From the NCBI RefSeq assembly GCF_963676685.1, contig NC_092350.1:20274001-20338000 (forward strand): a stretch of 64,000 nucleotides of DNA. Direction: 5' to 3'. Under the pieces are notes generated by a model. The model searched no databases. It was given only the letters and a program-made list of their open reading frames with translations, and was not told where the DNA came from. Source of the DNA: Mytilus edulis (lineage: Eukaryota). Shown here in pieces: positions 1 to 14,100 of the stretch (positions within the stretch are counted from its first letter, which is position 1; each line of letters starts with the position of its first letter). The position numbers were made by a program, and so were the translations under genes.

Positions 1-238
1 TAAGTCAAGATATGAAGCCGACTTAACTGTATCTGTAGCATCCTTTATCTTAAAAGTGACATACTAAGTTTACAAACAAAAGCTGAGCAAATGGCATGAA
101 CTCTAAAAGGAGCGAGACCTGGTACGTCATACATTACCAGCCATCCAAATCTATATATACAGACAAAATGTTACAAATTGGAATAGGTCTAAGACGAAAT
201 GTATATATACAAAGACATATTTCAAATGTTGAACTTAC

Positions 239-3200
239 TTTGTGATTGTCCTTGACACTGTAAGTCAAGTTGTTGATTGAAGTCGCAGTCATAGATTTGA
301 CCATTCCAGTTGATGTTCATTAGGTTTCTACACATTAATCCATCTATTGTGTCTAGGTTGTAGTTTCTTACAAGTAACTCCATATAGTCTTTAAGCTCGT
401 TCCTTTTACATGCAAAAGAAAACACATGTTTTACTTTCGCACATTTTCTTGAAAAGCTAATAATCTTATTATATAAAAATTGAATAATTACTGACGGAAT
501 ACATGTAATCTGTCATACCAATTAGATTTTGGCATGTGCAACTGATGAAAAAAAGATGCCAAGGATGGCAAAAGGAGATTTAAATTCGTAAGTCTGAAAA
601 CGCCACTTCTAAAAAAAACAATAAATAATCAGACGAACAATACCAGTATAACAATCAAAACAAAATAGAAAACCAAAGACTGATCTTAACAACACTAACC
701 CCACCAAAATAGAGGGTGATCTCGGGTGCTCCGGAATGGTAATAAGATTCTGCTCCAGTTGTTGCACCCGTCTTGTTGCTTGTGTAATTAAAAAACCGGT
801 GATATGGTATTTTTTTTCGGTAATTCACATTCTTGGGAAAGGGGAAGAGTTTGTTTTTACGACAATTGGAACATATCCATCGTCATCTGTGTAAGAATTA
901 AGTATAATAGTTGAAACTCATATTCTCCTACAGACACGCATTTGCATTTCCCACGAATTTGACAATCCTGAGGATTACTTAGTCTGAACCGTTTATATAG
1001 CTTATGAGCATATATCATTTATTTCACATAAGGGTAATTCAAATAAAAGGTTTCAATTCTTTTTATCACATTAAAAAAAAATCACAGCTTCGCATTTTAA
1101 TTCGTTGATGCTCTAATTATATTATAGCGTATTTCTAGTACTGACCAATTTTAAAATGCCCAAGTTGGAATAGACATACAATTTTGGTACATTTTGTCTA
1201 ATTTTTGTGTATCAAAATTTGAATAAGGACATTCATATCCAAATTAAAAAATAAATATAGTAGAACAATTTTATAAAATCAATTTATATATGTAAAGGGA
1301 AATAACAAGTATTAAAAAAACAAATGAACTAAATACGACTATTTGTATGGTCTTTTTATATATATTGTGGATACCAAATATAGTTTGATATGAAACAAAA
1401 ACAGATTTTGTTATCCCCTTATATGCTGACACATTACTTACCATAATGATGATTTGAACATTTTTGGTGTTGTTTTAATATGGAACGTTTTCAAAACTTT
1501 AGTGTAAAGTGAACATCATATACAATCGTATATTAAAACCAACAGTATCTCAATCCAATAGAAATATAAATCATGTGTACACAAGGAAGCGATTAAACCA
1601 CGACTTCCAAGTGGTGAAGGTGGCATAATCTCTGCGAAAATATTAAAGATGCCATCACGAGTTGATGGACCATGAATGCATATCTGTTATCTGTTATCAC
1701 AGATGACGACGCATATGTTGGAAATATCGTAACCAAAGTCCCGTCTACTCTTCCTCGAATGTGGACTACTGAATTAAACTTATAACAGGGTTTGTACTTA
1801 TATGAGCAACATGATGGGTGCCGCATTTAGAACCGAATCAGCTTTACCTTCCAGAGCGCAAGTGTTCAACACTAGTATTTGGTGGTGTTCATCTTGCTTA
1901 ATAGTTTTATGTTTTCTATGTTGTGTTATGTATACAATTGTTTGTTTTTGGTCTTTTTCGTTTCTTTTTGCCATGATGTTGTCAGCGTAATTTTTGAAGT
2001 ATGAATGACCATATGGTATATTTCGTCCCTCCCTCGTATAACATGAAGAAGATCATGCTTATTTAAAAAAAAAAGATCATACATTTCAAGACATTTTGTT
2101 TGCATTTATAAAAGCTTTTTATATCAAGATTGCTACATCGTAACGAACATCGTAACGACATGTTCCTCGATGATGTGTAAATGATAAACAAATGGGGTTC
2201 AAAATGTAGCATTGTGGTACGATAGTCAAAATATCATGTTATAAGTCCAAAAGAACTGTATAAATCTTCAGCTCAAAATGATAGTACATGTGACGGCAAA
2301 CATTCATATCAAGTCTTTAGTATGAGAGATTTCCGTCAAATTATGTCAGAGAAGGAAGGTACGTCATTGTGATACAATAGTTTAAACACGTTCTTTGATT
2401 ACTCCCGTAAATATGGACAAATCAAAATGATGCTATAATGTGATAAACTACATGTGGTTTAAAATAATCCTTTTAAGTATGAGGATTTTCTGGCAATGAT
2501 CTCAAAGGATTTGCGTTCATAAGTTGACATCGTGATATAGTGAACAAAATTAAAAACGTCCATTTACACCAAAAATAATGTTCAAATCAAAATGAGATTG
2601 TAATATGATCATCTTCATATGATGCAAAACAACCCTGCAAAGTATGGAGGCTTTGTGTCATACGGTCTCGGAAAATTTGAGTTTACAATGTGTCAATGTC
2701 ACAATATTAAAACAAAGTGGTTAAAGTCCCATAACTCCCGTAAAATTATCAACTCAAAATAGGGTTAACTACATATAATGGCTGTCAAACGATCAGGTGG
2801 GTTGTTTTCTGAAGGTGTCAATGTAACAATAATAAACAAACGGTCAATGTCCTTTAGTCCATATTAATTGTTGAATTAAATTGCGTTTCAAAATGATTCA
2901 TTTCACATGATGGCAAACAATTATTACAAGTATGCAAGTTTTGTGTCAAATGGTACCAGAGAAGGTTCGCTAACAAGTGGTATTGGAACAATACTTAAAG
3001 GGCCAAGGTCTCAAAACTCCCTGAAAAATGTAGAAAATGTCAGTACAGTATGGTCAACTGCTTAGATCACAGAACATTCCTCTTACATCACTATGCAGGA
3101 ATATAGCCTAACATTACATTATTTTTTTATCAACAAGATCATTAAGATAATATATCTATAAATACTTCTTAATATATCATACCTTCGGTAAAGAAAATCA

Positions 3201-6200
3201 ACAAAACGTTTGATTGGCATATTTGTCATGGTGAACAGCTGCTTGAATTCTATTCCAAAATGTTCCATTAGTTCCGCCTTGTATTTCTCTGCTAACGGGA
3301 CCTGTGGTGGCGGTAGAAATCCACCTACAATAGAAATGTTGGAAGTACTTTCGTTCTATGGTGCATCGATTCATAGAACATTTTTGTATATATAATGTAT
3401 TTTCTTGTAGACTTGTCTTTCATTAATTACACTAGTCTAAATTCGAATTCAACTTACATGTTTGCTAATAATTTAAAAATACCAAAAAGAGTAGGGAAAT
3501 GGTCCCATTCGAAAATATTTCCCCTACATTGATTTGCTTACAGATTTTGTTTTTTGATTCGATTAAGGTCTAACAAGACAGACATGATTAGTAATACAGT
3601 ATAGCATAAATGTCAAGATCTCAAAAAAAAATTAATATGTTTTGTCAACATAATGTATAGTTGCCATCTTGATCAGCTGCAATTCTTAAACTTTATTATG
3701 AGTTCATGCATTGTTAATCAGTCTTCACACTCAAATTTTCATAGAACAGGCCAGGGGGTGAAGGCTGTACATTCTGAAACATCTTTGGAATTTCGGTTAT
3801 TCTGGTTAATGTTTTACTATGCTAATAAATTGGACAGATTATGCCCCTGATAAATTTGAGCTTACCTAATGGATTGTAAACCAAATCCAACTGCAAGTCA
3901 TCCTGTTTACCATAACCCAAAGAGTTGAGGACCAGTAAAGCATGGATGCTCTTATCAAATACTCCTTTTCCACGTTGCATGTTGACATTTTTAGCACTAT
4001 AACAAGGCAGTGAGGCTATAACATGCAGTTTGTGGTCGGCGAAGAACTGTGCAGTATCTTCTTGACCTAAACGACAATCATTATTAAACTAGGAAGAGCA
4101 AAACAAGAATTACTGAACAATATGATTATGAGGGGTTAAATAATTACTGTTATGAGTCGACTTTGTACTTGCTTACCATTAAGGAAACAAATGCATCTAA
4201 TCACAGATCCTATACACAAACTTAAGTAACAATTTCTATCACATTTAAATTTACACTTTTTACAAGTATAGTGGAGGAGTTGTTGTTGTGAAGTTGTGAT
4301 TAAGAAATTTCTGTTTAACTCTTTGACAGATTCATAACTTGATCTATTTCAGATATAATTTATTTTATAAATGTGACCTTCTCCTCTTGTTCGTCTTAGA
4401 TTCACTAAAAGTGTGGAACATTTGTAACAATAATGAAACAAAATCAATATATAATAACCAAAGTACCTTTGAGCACTATTAAAGAGACAATAATGTTTTC
4501 ATTTTGCAACATGAGCTAAAGCTTAAACATTTACTTGTTTAAGATCTCTAGAAAAAAATCAGGAATATTTTGAATCAGAGTAATCATCCTATTTCTCAAT
4601 ATGTAGACAATTTATTTAGAACAGACATGGTTTAATTTTTGATAAAACAGTTTTCTTGACAAGTATTGGTAATATACGCATGCACACCGACGAACTTGAG
4701 TGTATATTAATAAACTATTGCTTGACATGAGGATGAGGATGATCTAAAAGAGGACGAAAGATACCAAAAAGACAGTCAAACTCATAGATCGAGAATGTTC
4801 AACACATTGCACTGTTCTTTGTATGATTAATAGTGAAAGTGGAATAACTCTAATTTACCTGGTTCTAACAAAGAGGTTAAATTACTTCTCACAATAACGT
4901 CTCGACCAAGTTCTTTCCCTCTAGCTGCAAGATATCTGAATTCGGCATTTAGTTCTGGGGCGCCACCTGTGAGACGAAAATTATCATTTGGCATGATATG
5001 ACTATATATGGATTGCAAAAAACATCCCATTTTTCATGGCATACCGACTGGTTGGTTATTTTGCTGTACGTTCAATGGCAAATATATGGTAAAATAAAGT
5101 TGGTAGAAATTGTTAACTTACCGCTATGTTCTTAATAATATATTTTTACTATAATAACATGAGCATAGAAAATAGAATAGGACGTACTTTAATGAAGACC
5201 GGAATAACATCACCAAAAAAAGAAACAAGAAGAAGGACAGTTGACACTGAATGTAAAAGCATGAGAAAGACCTGGGATGAAATGGAGATGATTACAAAGG
5301 ACAGATAACAGTTGAGAGACCGGGTATCAGCATCATATGCCTGCCGGCATGAATAGGATTAATAAGTTAAGCAGTTAGAAAGTGAAACAAGAGTCAAATA
5401 TTTGAATTTTTAGCTAAATGGTATATAGTTAGTAAACGACAACCACTGAGCAAATTTGAATACATGTATACATTCATATAGCATTTATATTCAAACATTT
5501 ACTTGCCTTCTGTCTAAACATCACTTTTAATTTTCGAAGCACATGTACTTAGTTTAAAATAGATAACTGTTTTGTATTACAGTATATATAAGGCATCTAT
5601 TTCATTCAATTTTTCTGAAAATAATGAAAACAATAATAAACTAAAATCATATTTTTACTACCAAACCTACATCAAATGCACCGTAAAAAAATGTTTTTGG
5701 ACAGTTCTTACCTAGAAAAGATTCTGACTTTTACCTTTGAACATTATTTGACAATTCCACTCTAAAACAGATTTGGATAGCTCACAGATCCCACCCTATA
5801 ACATTACGAGAACTGTTTAGAACAGTTCTATTTCAGATTATTCTGACAGTGTCGCAAAGAGAATAGAACTGAACCAAACTGTATATCTAAAGTTTGATCC
5901 CCGCTTTGATATTTCTTTCTTCAAATCATTTGAAATGTATTGTTTTGTCAACCGTCATAGGTTTGAATCTTTACTATTTCCAACCTCTAGGGGTTAAGCA
6001 TATCCAAAAATGTAACCACTAAAACCGTAGCTTTCTCTCATATATAAGGGAGCTCTCATTATTTCACCACTTCATTTAAATGGTTTTACCTGTTAAATCC
6101 AGTATTGTTACAGACGGACTGTTTTCCAAGATCTCCATACATTTGACAGCTGTTTTATGGTCCATCATTTCTTTCCGTTTTGGCGATGATTCCACGTGGC

Positions 6201-9200
6201 AGTGATTACAAGCCTGGTTACAGTAGAGGCCTATGTTAATTTGCATTTGTTCACAAGGCTTTCTTGTTAGGGTTGATGGTCGAACTCCTGACAAATTAAA
6301 TAAACACAATGATGTAATATCTAAAATATTGTTATTTGTATGGAGAGTTGTCTCATTGGCACTCACACCACATCTTCCTATATCTATGATCCTAACAGAG
6401 TTGATACACATATCATTTCCTGCTAGCAAGACAAACATGTAACGGTAGGAACACAATACCTTTATTTGACTAATAAGATATAAGAAGATGTGGTATGAGT
6501 GTCAATGAGACAACTCTCCATCCAAGTCACAATTTGTAAAAGTAAACCATTATAGGTGAAAAGAACGGTCTCCCGACACGGAGGCTTAAGCTTGGATCAC
6601 ACCGACCAGCAAGCTATAAAGGGCCCAATATATGACACGTCTCAAACCATCAAACGGGAAAACCAATGGTCTAATATATATAAACAAGAATGCGTCCATA
6701 GAACACGGAGGCCCCACTCTCACGATCATTTTCTATTTTCAGTGTACCGTGACATTGGGGTCAAACATCGTATTTAAATTAGAAAGATCATATCATAGAG
6801 AACATGTATACTAAGTTTCAAATTGATTGGACTTCAACTTCATCTAACTCTACTTTGACCAAATATTTAACCTGAAGCGGGACAGATGGAGGAAGAACTT
6901 ACTGACCCACAGACCAGAATCTTTATACAGATTGATTGTTTTTGCTATATGGGTAAACTGTTTAAACCAATTAACCCATTAAGCAACACTGTATTTCATA
7001 AAAAGTCTGTACAAAATTTACCTACAATAAACACAAGTTTCTGAATTCAATGGTCATACCTGTCTTTTCCTCTGACTTTTGTTTCCAGAACTGAACAAAG
7101 TTTGGAACACCAAGGTCATCAAGTGCTCTTTGTCTTTTCTTTCTCTCTTCTTTTGTCATTTGTTTTTGGCCTAAGGTTTTCAGTTTCTCAGCTGTTAGTT
7201 TGAAGTCGGGGTCATTTTCCATTTCTTTCAACGTGTCCGGAATCAATGACCCCTATAGTAAATGCACATATTCTAGTTCAATGATAAATGGGGACCCATA
7301 AAGATAAAGCTAATCATTTGTTTTTAATTGATATTTTAGAACATAATATGAAATAACTACTTATATTGTTCCATATGGGAAAAGTTTAAATTTAGTATGC
7401 CATGATACAATTTACATGTACATTTGTATCTAATTTGTTAAACGTTTTTTTGCTACATGTTTCGAGGTAAAAAAGTGAGTTGGTGCCTAAGTGTTGTTTG
7501 AACTTTAAGTACTGTTATTTAAGAAACAAAGCAAACCAGAAAGAAAACAAATCCGAGACAATACTTCTTATTGGTTTCTTTTGGTTTTCTCATAGAGGCC
7601 AGCCCAGCGTTAGAGAAAATGGATGATGTAATTGTCCCAAATGATAACAAATAATCAGTAACAATTTTGTAACTAGAATGTGTTATCATTTTTTATTGTC
7701 ATGATTGTGTATATTTTTAAGAACACTTTTGATCCTATTCTGTGTACTTCTAAAAGTATTTATGCATACCTGGCTTTCAAATTTTTGATGTGAGCATTCT
7801 TAATGAAGGTAAATGCAGAAACAGTTCATTTATGTTTGGGATGTATGGTCTGGATACAACTGTGGGAAATTTGGAGGTTTGTGAGCACTTAAAACTTGTA
7901 TAGAAGCCAGGGTTGTTTTCACAAGTGATGTACATTTGTATACATGAATTTATATTTCATTTAAAAACTATATGCTTACTGTGTCATATTTATTTTTGTA
8001 ACAAATGTCTGTTCTATTATCAAAGGGGATGTTGGTAATCATCTAGATGTATACAGTTCATTTTGAAAACGCTCAATAATAAAAATTAGATGTAAAAATG
8101 TGTTTTTTGTTTATGCATTTTTTTGTTATTTTTTCAGAATTAAAATGTTTCATTTGCGAGAAATGATTGACAGGTGTGAATAGATGTAGAGGCTCCTACG
8201 GGGAAAGTTGTATCAAAAGGAAAATAACTTAATTCACAATGCCTATACATATTTTATAAATACGATATGTTGGCCTTATACTTAAAATTGAGTTTCTAAT
8301 AATAACATATAAAGGAACAGGACGTTAAAAGGGGGAAATAATATAACCATCAACGAAAACTCGTATAATTTACGGGATTGAAGTCTCAACAATTTGATTT
8401 AAACTTCTATTGAAAACAGTCAACTCTTGCATTGGTTGTTATTAGGCTTATTATTTTAAATTAGATGAAATATTTACGTTTTACAAATACAAATACAAAA
8501 TAGTTTATTGGCACAAAACTATTGAAATAATTGGCAACACAATATATTGTTAAAAATCGTCTTTATTTCTTTTTCAAATTATAAAAAAAATAAAATTAAT
8601 ATATTTAATTTTAATTTTCATTCTTATATTTAATTTTAATTTTAATTCTTATATTTAATTTTAATTTTTATTCTTTCTCTTTGAATACAAAACAATATTT
8701 TTCATTTATCTATCCTCCATAAATACTAATATATCTGTACAGGTAAAATTTAATTCTAATCAAGCTGGTACAGATTGATTTACGACCTTCCACTTGGATA
8801 TTGCACAGCATGTGTTTATTACACTGGGACAACTGTCGACCAGTCTGACATCTAGACGGATTAAGACATCCATAAAAATAAGTCCCTACCCGTACTGGTA
8901 ATACTCCACAATTTCTGAACTGTTGTACATTGTAAGAGAATTTAAACAACTGATAAGATTACTTTTATCCATTTTATAATTTTAAATGTATAGTGTACAT
9001 ACAAGTTCCTGTTTTAACTAATTTTTAGTTTTATCCTATTCTAACTCTGTTAATATTTTTTTAAATTTTAACCAGTAGATAGAATTTTAAATAACGCAAT
9101 TTCAAAAATAAACAAAATTTTTAAATGCGGTGACCATGCAGATAGGGTGGACTTCCAAAGAAGAAGAAGAAGAAGAAGAAGTAAGTGTATGATTTGCTTC

Positions 9201-9631
9201 AAGTATATTGCATACACATTCTGAATGTCAACTATTATTTTTTGACTGTCATTGACTGTACATATACATGTATGTTGACATTATGCGGTTGACATATAGA
9301 TTAAGCATACTCATGATAATATTAATGTTAAACATATCTGCAGACTCACCTTTGTCCTTTCTGCGAGAGCATCAAGACCAATCCATTTTCCAGAGACAGA
9401 GGGAGCAACTGTTTTTGGTTTTGACTTTGGCCTTGTCAACTTGTGAGATTCTACATTAATAGGTGTATTGTAATCAGGCAAATCAGGCTTCTGGGCTGGT
9501 GATGATTCTTTTGCTGCATCATCTTTAGATGTACTTCCTATACTTCTGGAATTTCCGAGGGTTCTAAAGTGGATTACATTACCATATCTGAGGTTAACTG
9601 TTCGATTTACGAATCTTAATAATAAACCCAT
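239..9631 (-). CDS. arsS: Spliced radical SAM / Cys-rich protein of the ArsS (arsenosugar biosynthesis; rSAM_SeCys, DUF3641) type; 3' end lies outside the window
   Basis: Hand-assembled GT-AG exons with consistent phases: 9350-9631, 7060-7252, 6090-6287, 4859-4966, 3866-4066, 3183-3324, 239-402 (1288 nt, open frame). Contains the CxxxCxxC motif QINIGLYCNQACNHCHVESSP, then LDLTGGAPELN, ASLPCYSAKNVNMQRGKGVF, LDLVYNPLGGFLPPPQ, TNMPIKRF and LMCRN...WNGQIYDCDFNQQL, all typical of this family. The symbol reflects family resemblance, not proven function. Confidence 0.88.
560..900 (-). repeat. Degenerate interspersed repeat (Penelope/SINE-like 3' module), inverted relative to the copy at 1600-2030
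   Basis: Reverse complement resembles 1700-2030 (acagatgacga...atgttcc; ttccggagcacccgagatcacc...tggtggggttagtgttg). Confidence 0.55.
1600..2030 (+). repeat. Degenerate Penelope-like 3' end / SINE-like repeat in an ArsS intron
   Basis: gccatcacgagttgatggac...tatctgtt..cacagatgac resembles the 'RHHELVDRY.ISVSQM' type C-terminus, similar to the end of the RT at 61088-61170, followed by the module shared with 560-900. Confidence 0.55.
5175..5372 (+). mobile_element. RTE-clade LINE 3' fragment (degenerate)
   Basis: Translates as IGRTL...PKKETRRRTVDTECKSMRKTWDEME..TKDR*QLRDRVSASYACRHE*D, matching the RTE C-terminal pattern, then a taag-like tail. Confidence 0.7.
6480..6690 (+). repeat. Abundant interspersed SINE-like repeat (aagaagatgtggtatga.tg.caatgagacaact...)
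   Basis: Related copies on either strand at about 6320-6385, 12100-12220, 30230-30420, 40140-40360, 46320-46430 and 58420-58556. Confidence 0.7.
8484..8950 (-). mobile_element. Probable LINE 3' end remnant
   Basis: Minus strand reads QFRNCGVLPVRVGT (resembles the LINE C-terminal 'FR.G.LP.R.ETGR' motif) and ends in AATAAA followed by a (TTGTAT)-type tail at 8484-8510. Confidence 0.4.
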
Positions 9632-10063
9632 TCCACAGACTAAAATTTTCGTTTACAGAATGTCTGGTAAACAGAAACAGCCGTACAACTGTCCAAAATC
9701 TAATAACTGGTAAAAGTCATCAATAAAATAACCAGTATTAAGAAAAATTATCCCGCTTATCAGCTTAATGTTCTATTGTTTGACATATGCAACATTGAAC
9801 TTCCACAAGTGCATTTTTCGTTGATTTATTTGTTCTCAATAGTGACCTTTTATAAAAATTATAAACTGAAAAAAACAACGGAAATGAAATGGATGTTATC
9901 CGTATTTAAAAAAGAGACGTCATCGATTTTTAAAAAAGTCTTTTCATGTCTAGATTCAGGATACAGTGGGCACTGCCAGTACTAGATCTATGTACCATGT
10001 TTACATGTATACCTAAATGAATAACTCCAAGTTAAAACCGTCATTCTTGAGGAGGATACATAG

Positions 10064-10699
10064 ACAATAATAGTGCATTGACTTGACATATCAACGATAT
10101 AAGGATGAGGCTTAGAAACGGGGAAATGCGAGGCTGTGCCGAGCATTTTCCCCGTTTCGGGCCGAATCCTTATATCGTTAATATGTCAAGTCAATGCACT
10201 ATTATTGTTTTTATACTGCAATCTTTAAAAAAAACATTTTCAATTGTTGTTTATTGTGTTAATGTTATTTATTTGATTTAAATATTTGGAAAAATCCCCT
10301 TTTAAAAAGGCCTCATATCACACAGACGGAGAAATATAAAACACGATGAAATGTACATCATTACCGCAATCAATGGTGAACGAATTCGTTGCAGACTAAA
10401 ATATCAACAATAAACATAAAACATAACGATTTATAGGTTGCAAACAAAAAAATATTAATAAGTGAAATATGTTTTCCCAAAAATTGCAAAAGAAACAAGT
10501 TTGAGTCGTTAAACGCATCGTTGTTTACATTAGAAACAAGAACAGGTTGAAAAGGTCGTATGAATAATTAAATATAATTTCGACAATTTCTATTTAAATA
10601 TTCATGAGGAAAAGTGATAGCAGGTCAGTGACTGTATATGGCATAGAAATATACAGTCAACGCATTTTGACTGCTCAAATAGAACGAGTGCAGTATAAA
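10064..10699. mobile_element. Non-autonomous element with a 145-bp terminal hairpin and short inverted repeats (Crypton-like architecture)
   Basis: 10064-10208 folds into a ~64-bp stem (acaataatagtgcattgacttgacatat... / ...atatgtcaagtcaatgcactattattgt) around gcgaggctgtgccgagc. tttatactgca (10210-10220) is inverted at tgcagtataaa (10689-10699). Further hairpin tgactgtatat...atatacagtca near 10629-10659. Crypton assignment is inferred. Confidence 0.65.
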
Positions 10700-11165
10700 T
10701 ACATTTTATGATTAAAAAATTGCCAATCATGAGACTATTAGTTATCAATTTAGGAGAATTAAGAGAATTGCCATAATAATAGATATAATTTATTTTATAA
10801 ATTTAAGATCATAAAAGTTATACATTATATTATATGACGTTAATCTTAACTAGGTATTAAACATATATTTCTTTATATGTCACTATGATTCGAAATAAAA
10901 AATTAATAGTCTAACACGACTTTCTAATATAACATCTAGCAAACGTGAAATAAGGCAGAAGTGTCAACACATTTGAAACAAAGCAAAATTTGCAAGAAAC
11001 ATGTTTCATTTATGTCCAATGTAAGTCCATTGAATTAATATCTTATCTTTGTTAATAACAAAGAATATCAAACATTTTTGCTGATATATATATATATATG
11101 ATAACGTTTAAATTCGTACAGGTGTATTTCATTTCTATCTGGATATACGGTTAACTTTTGTTTAA

Positions 11166-14100
11166 ATGTTTCGATACTTGATTTTTATTTCATTTTTTTG
11201 TTCTGGTTTATGCTGTTGTTTCCCAAAGCAATGGGAAGGATGGACATACCAAACATCTTCTCACACACTAAACAATGGATCTGTCATGTATGAAGAGGTT
11301 CGTATATATATATTAGTATATATATATTTGTTGTTTATTCAACTGCTGGATAATTGAATGGCTGAATTTGATTTTTGGAAAGAGGACTAGGAGAATTCAA
11401 AAAACGAATATCCTGGCATTAAAAGAGAAAATTAATATTCTGCAATTCGTAATGCATTACACAGATGTGTACAATAGTTAAAATTGTTTTTTAACAAAAG
11501 AAATAAGTGTGCGTAGCAACAAATGAAAGTGAATCAATCCGTAAAAAAATGTGGAATTCTTATTATTTCGGCCTTAAGTGGCTATGTATAAAATAAAATT
11601 GAGAATTGAAAATGGGATTGTGTCAAAGACACAAAATCCAGAACAAAGAGCAAAAACATCCGAAGGCCACCAATGGGTCTTCAACACAGCGAGAAAATCC
11701 AGCACCTGGAGGCGGACTTCAACCGGCCCCTAAATAAAAAATGTGTACTAGTCAATGTAGAATAAAGAAACACACAGCATTACGCACAGTAAAACTCAAT
11801 TTAAAAGACATCCGAGTCCGATGTCAGAATAGGTAGCAAAAGTAACTAAGCAAAATGACAATGATACACAAACTTACAAACTAACAAAGGACTACTAACA
11901 GTTACTGACATAACAGCAAATCTACTTATTCTTCATTAGATTTCGAAAGATTTCTGCCACGGTTGCTTAAGATCTAAAGCGCAAAGTAAGTTTCAATAAC
12001 TGCGAATACACTTATAGATGAGTACATTGTGTCTTTATTATTTTGTTAGTTTGTTTGTGCTTTGTGTCGATCTAATGAGGCAAACCTTTTAAACCGTGTT
12101 TTCAAATTGGAGTTTTGCTCATTGTCGATGGCCGTACTATGAGGAGCACTTGCTTACATCTACATAATTTGGTCTATGATGGAAGGTTGTCCAATCTTCA
12201 ATCGAACCACATCATTTTTTTTTAGTTCTATATTAATGCTGTCTATTTCTACTAAGAGAAATATTCTGTTCCTGGGGCGTATTGTTTTAGTCAACTGTAA
12301 AGATATTTGCTTGACTATTCTTGATAAATTCTGCAGATAAAAATTTAACTGATGTTGATGATTTTTCTTTTTTCTGTAGGAATCTAGGTCGGCGTCTGTT
12401 GACTATAGCAAAGGTTGTGTATATTACAACCAAACTATCAATACCAACAGTGGATTGACTGAACAGATCGTCCTCCAAGATTTCAATAAGGTTTACTATC
12501 TTTGAAATTCATTTGTATTGCGTTAAGTAAGATTGAAAGACGCTTTTGTAGAAGTTACTGTATGTCGCATTTTATATCAATTAATTCATCTTTACACATG
12601 AGATAAACCAGCTGATAGAAGTCGAAACAGAGATAGAAAAAGACAAGTTACAATCAATAAATTTAAAAGGTAAAACACCAACACTTTAAATATTAAACGG
12701 ATATCAAATATTACGACATGAAAGGTCTTGCAAGGTTTTTTGAAAATAAAAACGTTAAAATCACAAATTCAAAGATCCAGTCACAACACGTTTACCGTGG
12801 CAAAGTTTGTTTTGTTTCTTTATGAAAAATAAAAGTAATGTTTAAACGTCATAAATCGATTGAGAGAAAACAAATCCTGGTTACACACTAAAAACCTAGA
12901 AAAACACCTCAACTACAAGAGGGAAAAAGGGAACAACAAGAACACTGAAGTGCAAAAAAAATCAAACGCCAACATACATAGACTGTATTACACATTCTTC
13001 ATATTATTTCTAACGTAAATGTATTTCTGAACAAAAGTATTGCCAATTTGATCATTGACAACTAACTTTTAAAGAGGGACTCGATGTCTACATGAAGATA
13101 TTTTATCTTTTAGAATAAAGAGTACGTTATAAAAGATAATAAATGTATAACACTGAACCACACAACATCTGTTGAATTAGCATGTATACCAAGTAAGTGC
13201 AATGTAGATTTCAAGAAATTAAAAATATGATCGACACAATCAAAATTAAGTATTATCAATTGCTCATTCTGAGCAGTGATATATTCTCTATTCAACAGTA
13301 TCAAAAGTGACTACTTGAAAAAGTCCGCAATAACTACTCGCCCAGGGTTATAAAGACAGGTTACAAGCATTATGTTTGTCTTCTTTTTTTTTATATTCTT
13401 GTCCTTGCAAGCTTTTTGTACATGCTGGAGTTTCAGAAACAAGTGTTTTTTTTTCAAATCTTATATATGTTTTAATTGATTGCAAAATGAATGCCTTTGT
13501 AAGATAACACATCATATATTCCTACAATCATAATCGATTCAGCACTTTTGGCTATTTCTTGGAGGTCAGTTTTATTGGTTGTTAAAGTCGGAGTGCCCGA
13601 GAGCAACATTAAACGTCGACAGTAAAACTGACAATTACAACGCACCTGCCAATTCACAACCTCGGGTTTGACTGGCTTGTGATACTGTGGGTAAACTCCT
13701 TAGACTACTCGGCCATCGAGGCCCCTCATACAAATACAACTATAAAAATAGTTTTGATCATGGTTACTATCTCCCAAGAAGAAAACGAAGTCTTGTAAGT
13801 TATAGGCATATCTGACAGATTCAGTAGTTAAATGTACCACATGCTATTTCATCAGTTGTTCTGTCATGTTTTCTATTCCTAATACTTTAAAATGTTGGCT
13901 TTTTCTTCGGAAATAATCCTTTTAAAAAAGTTGTCCCAACAAATTGAATTACTTCAAATGACATTTTTCATCTGAATATGATGAATCATTCTTACTTAGC
14001 TTATAAAAATGTTGTCTTTCCTAATTGCATTGACGATCGTTAACAAATCGAGTTCACATACTAAAACGATATATCTATTCATCTCTATATATTGGGGAAT

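Noticed and set aside
7770-7830. Possible second hammerhead (gagcattcttaatgaaggtaaatgcagaaac)
   Set aside because: Core is mutated (TTAATGA) and the downstream stem is missing; at most a dead relic.
239-9631. ArsS-like sequence as bacterial contamination
   Set aside because: It is split by canonical GT-AG introns that contain host repeat families.
11940-11985. AG...GTAAGT-bounded segment in EPDR intron 1
   Set aside because: 46 nt would shift the frame; exon 1 joins the 12380 exon in phase without it.
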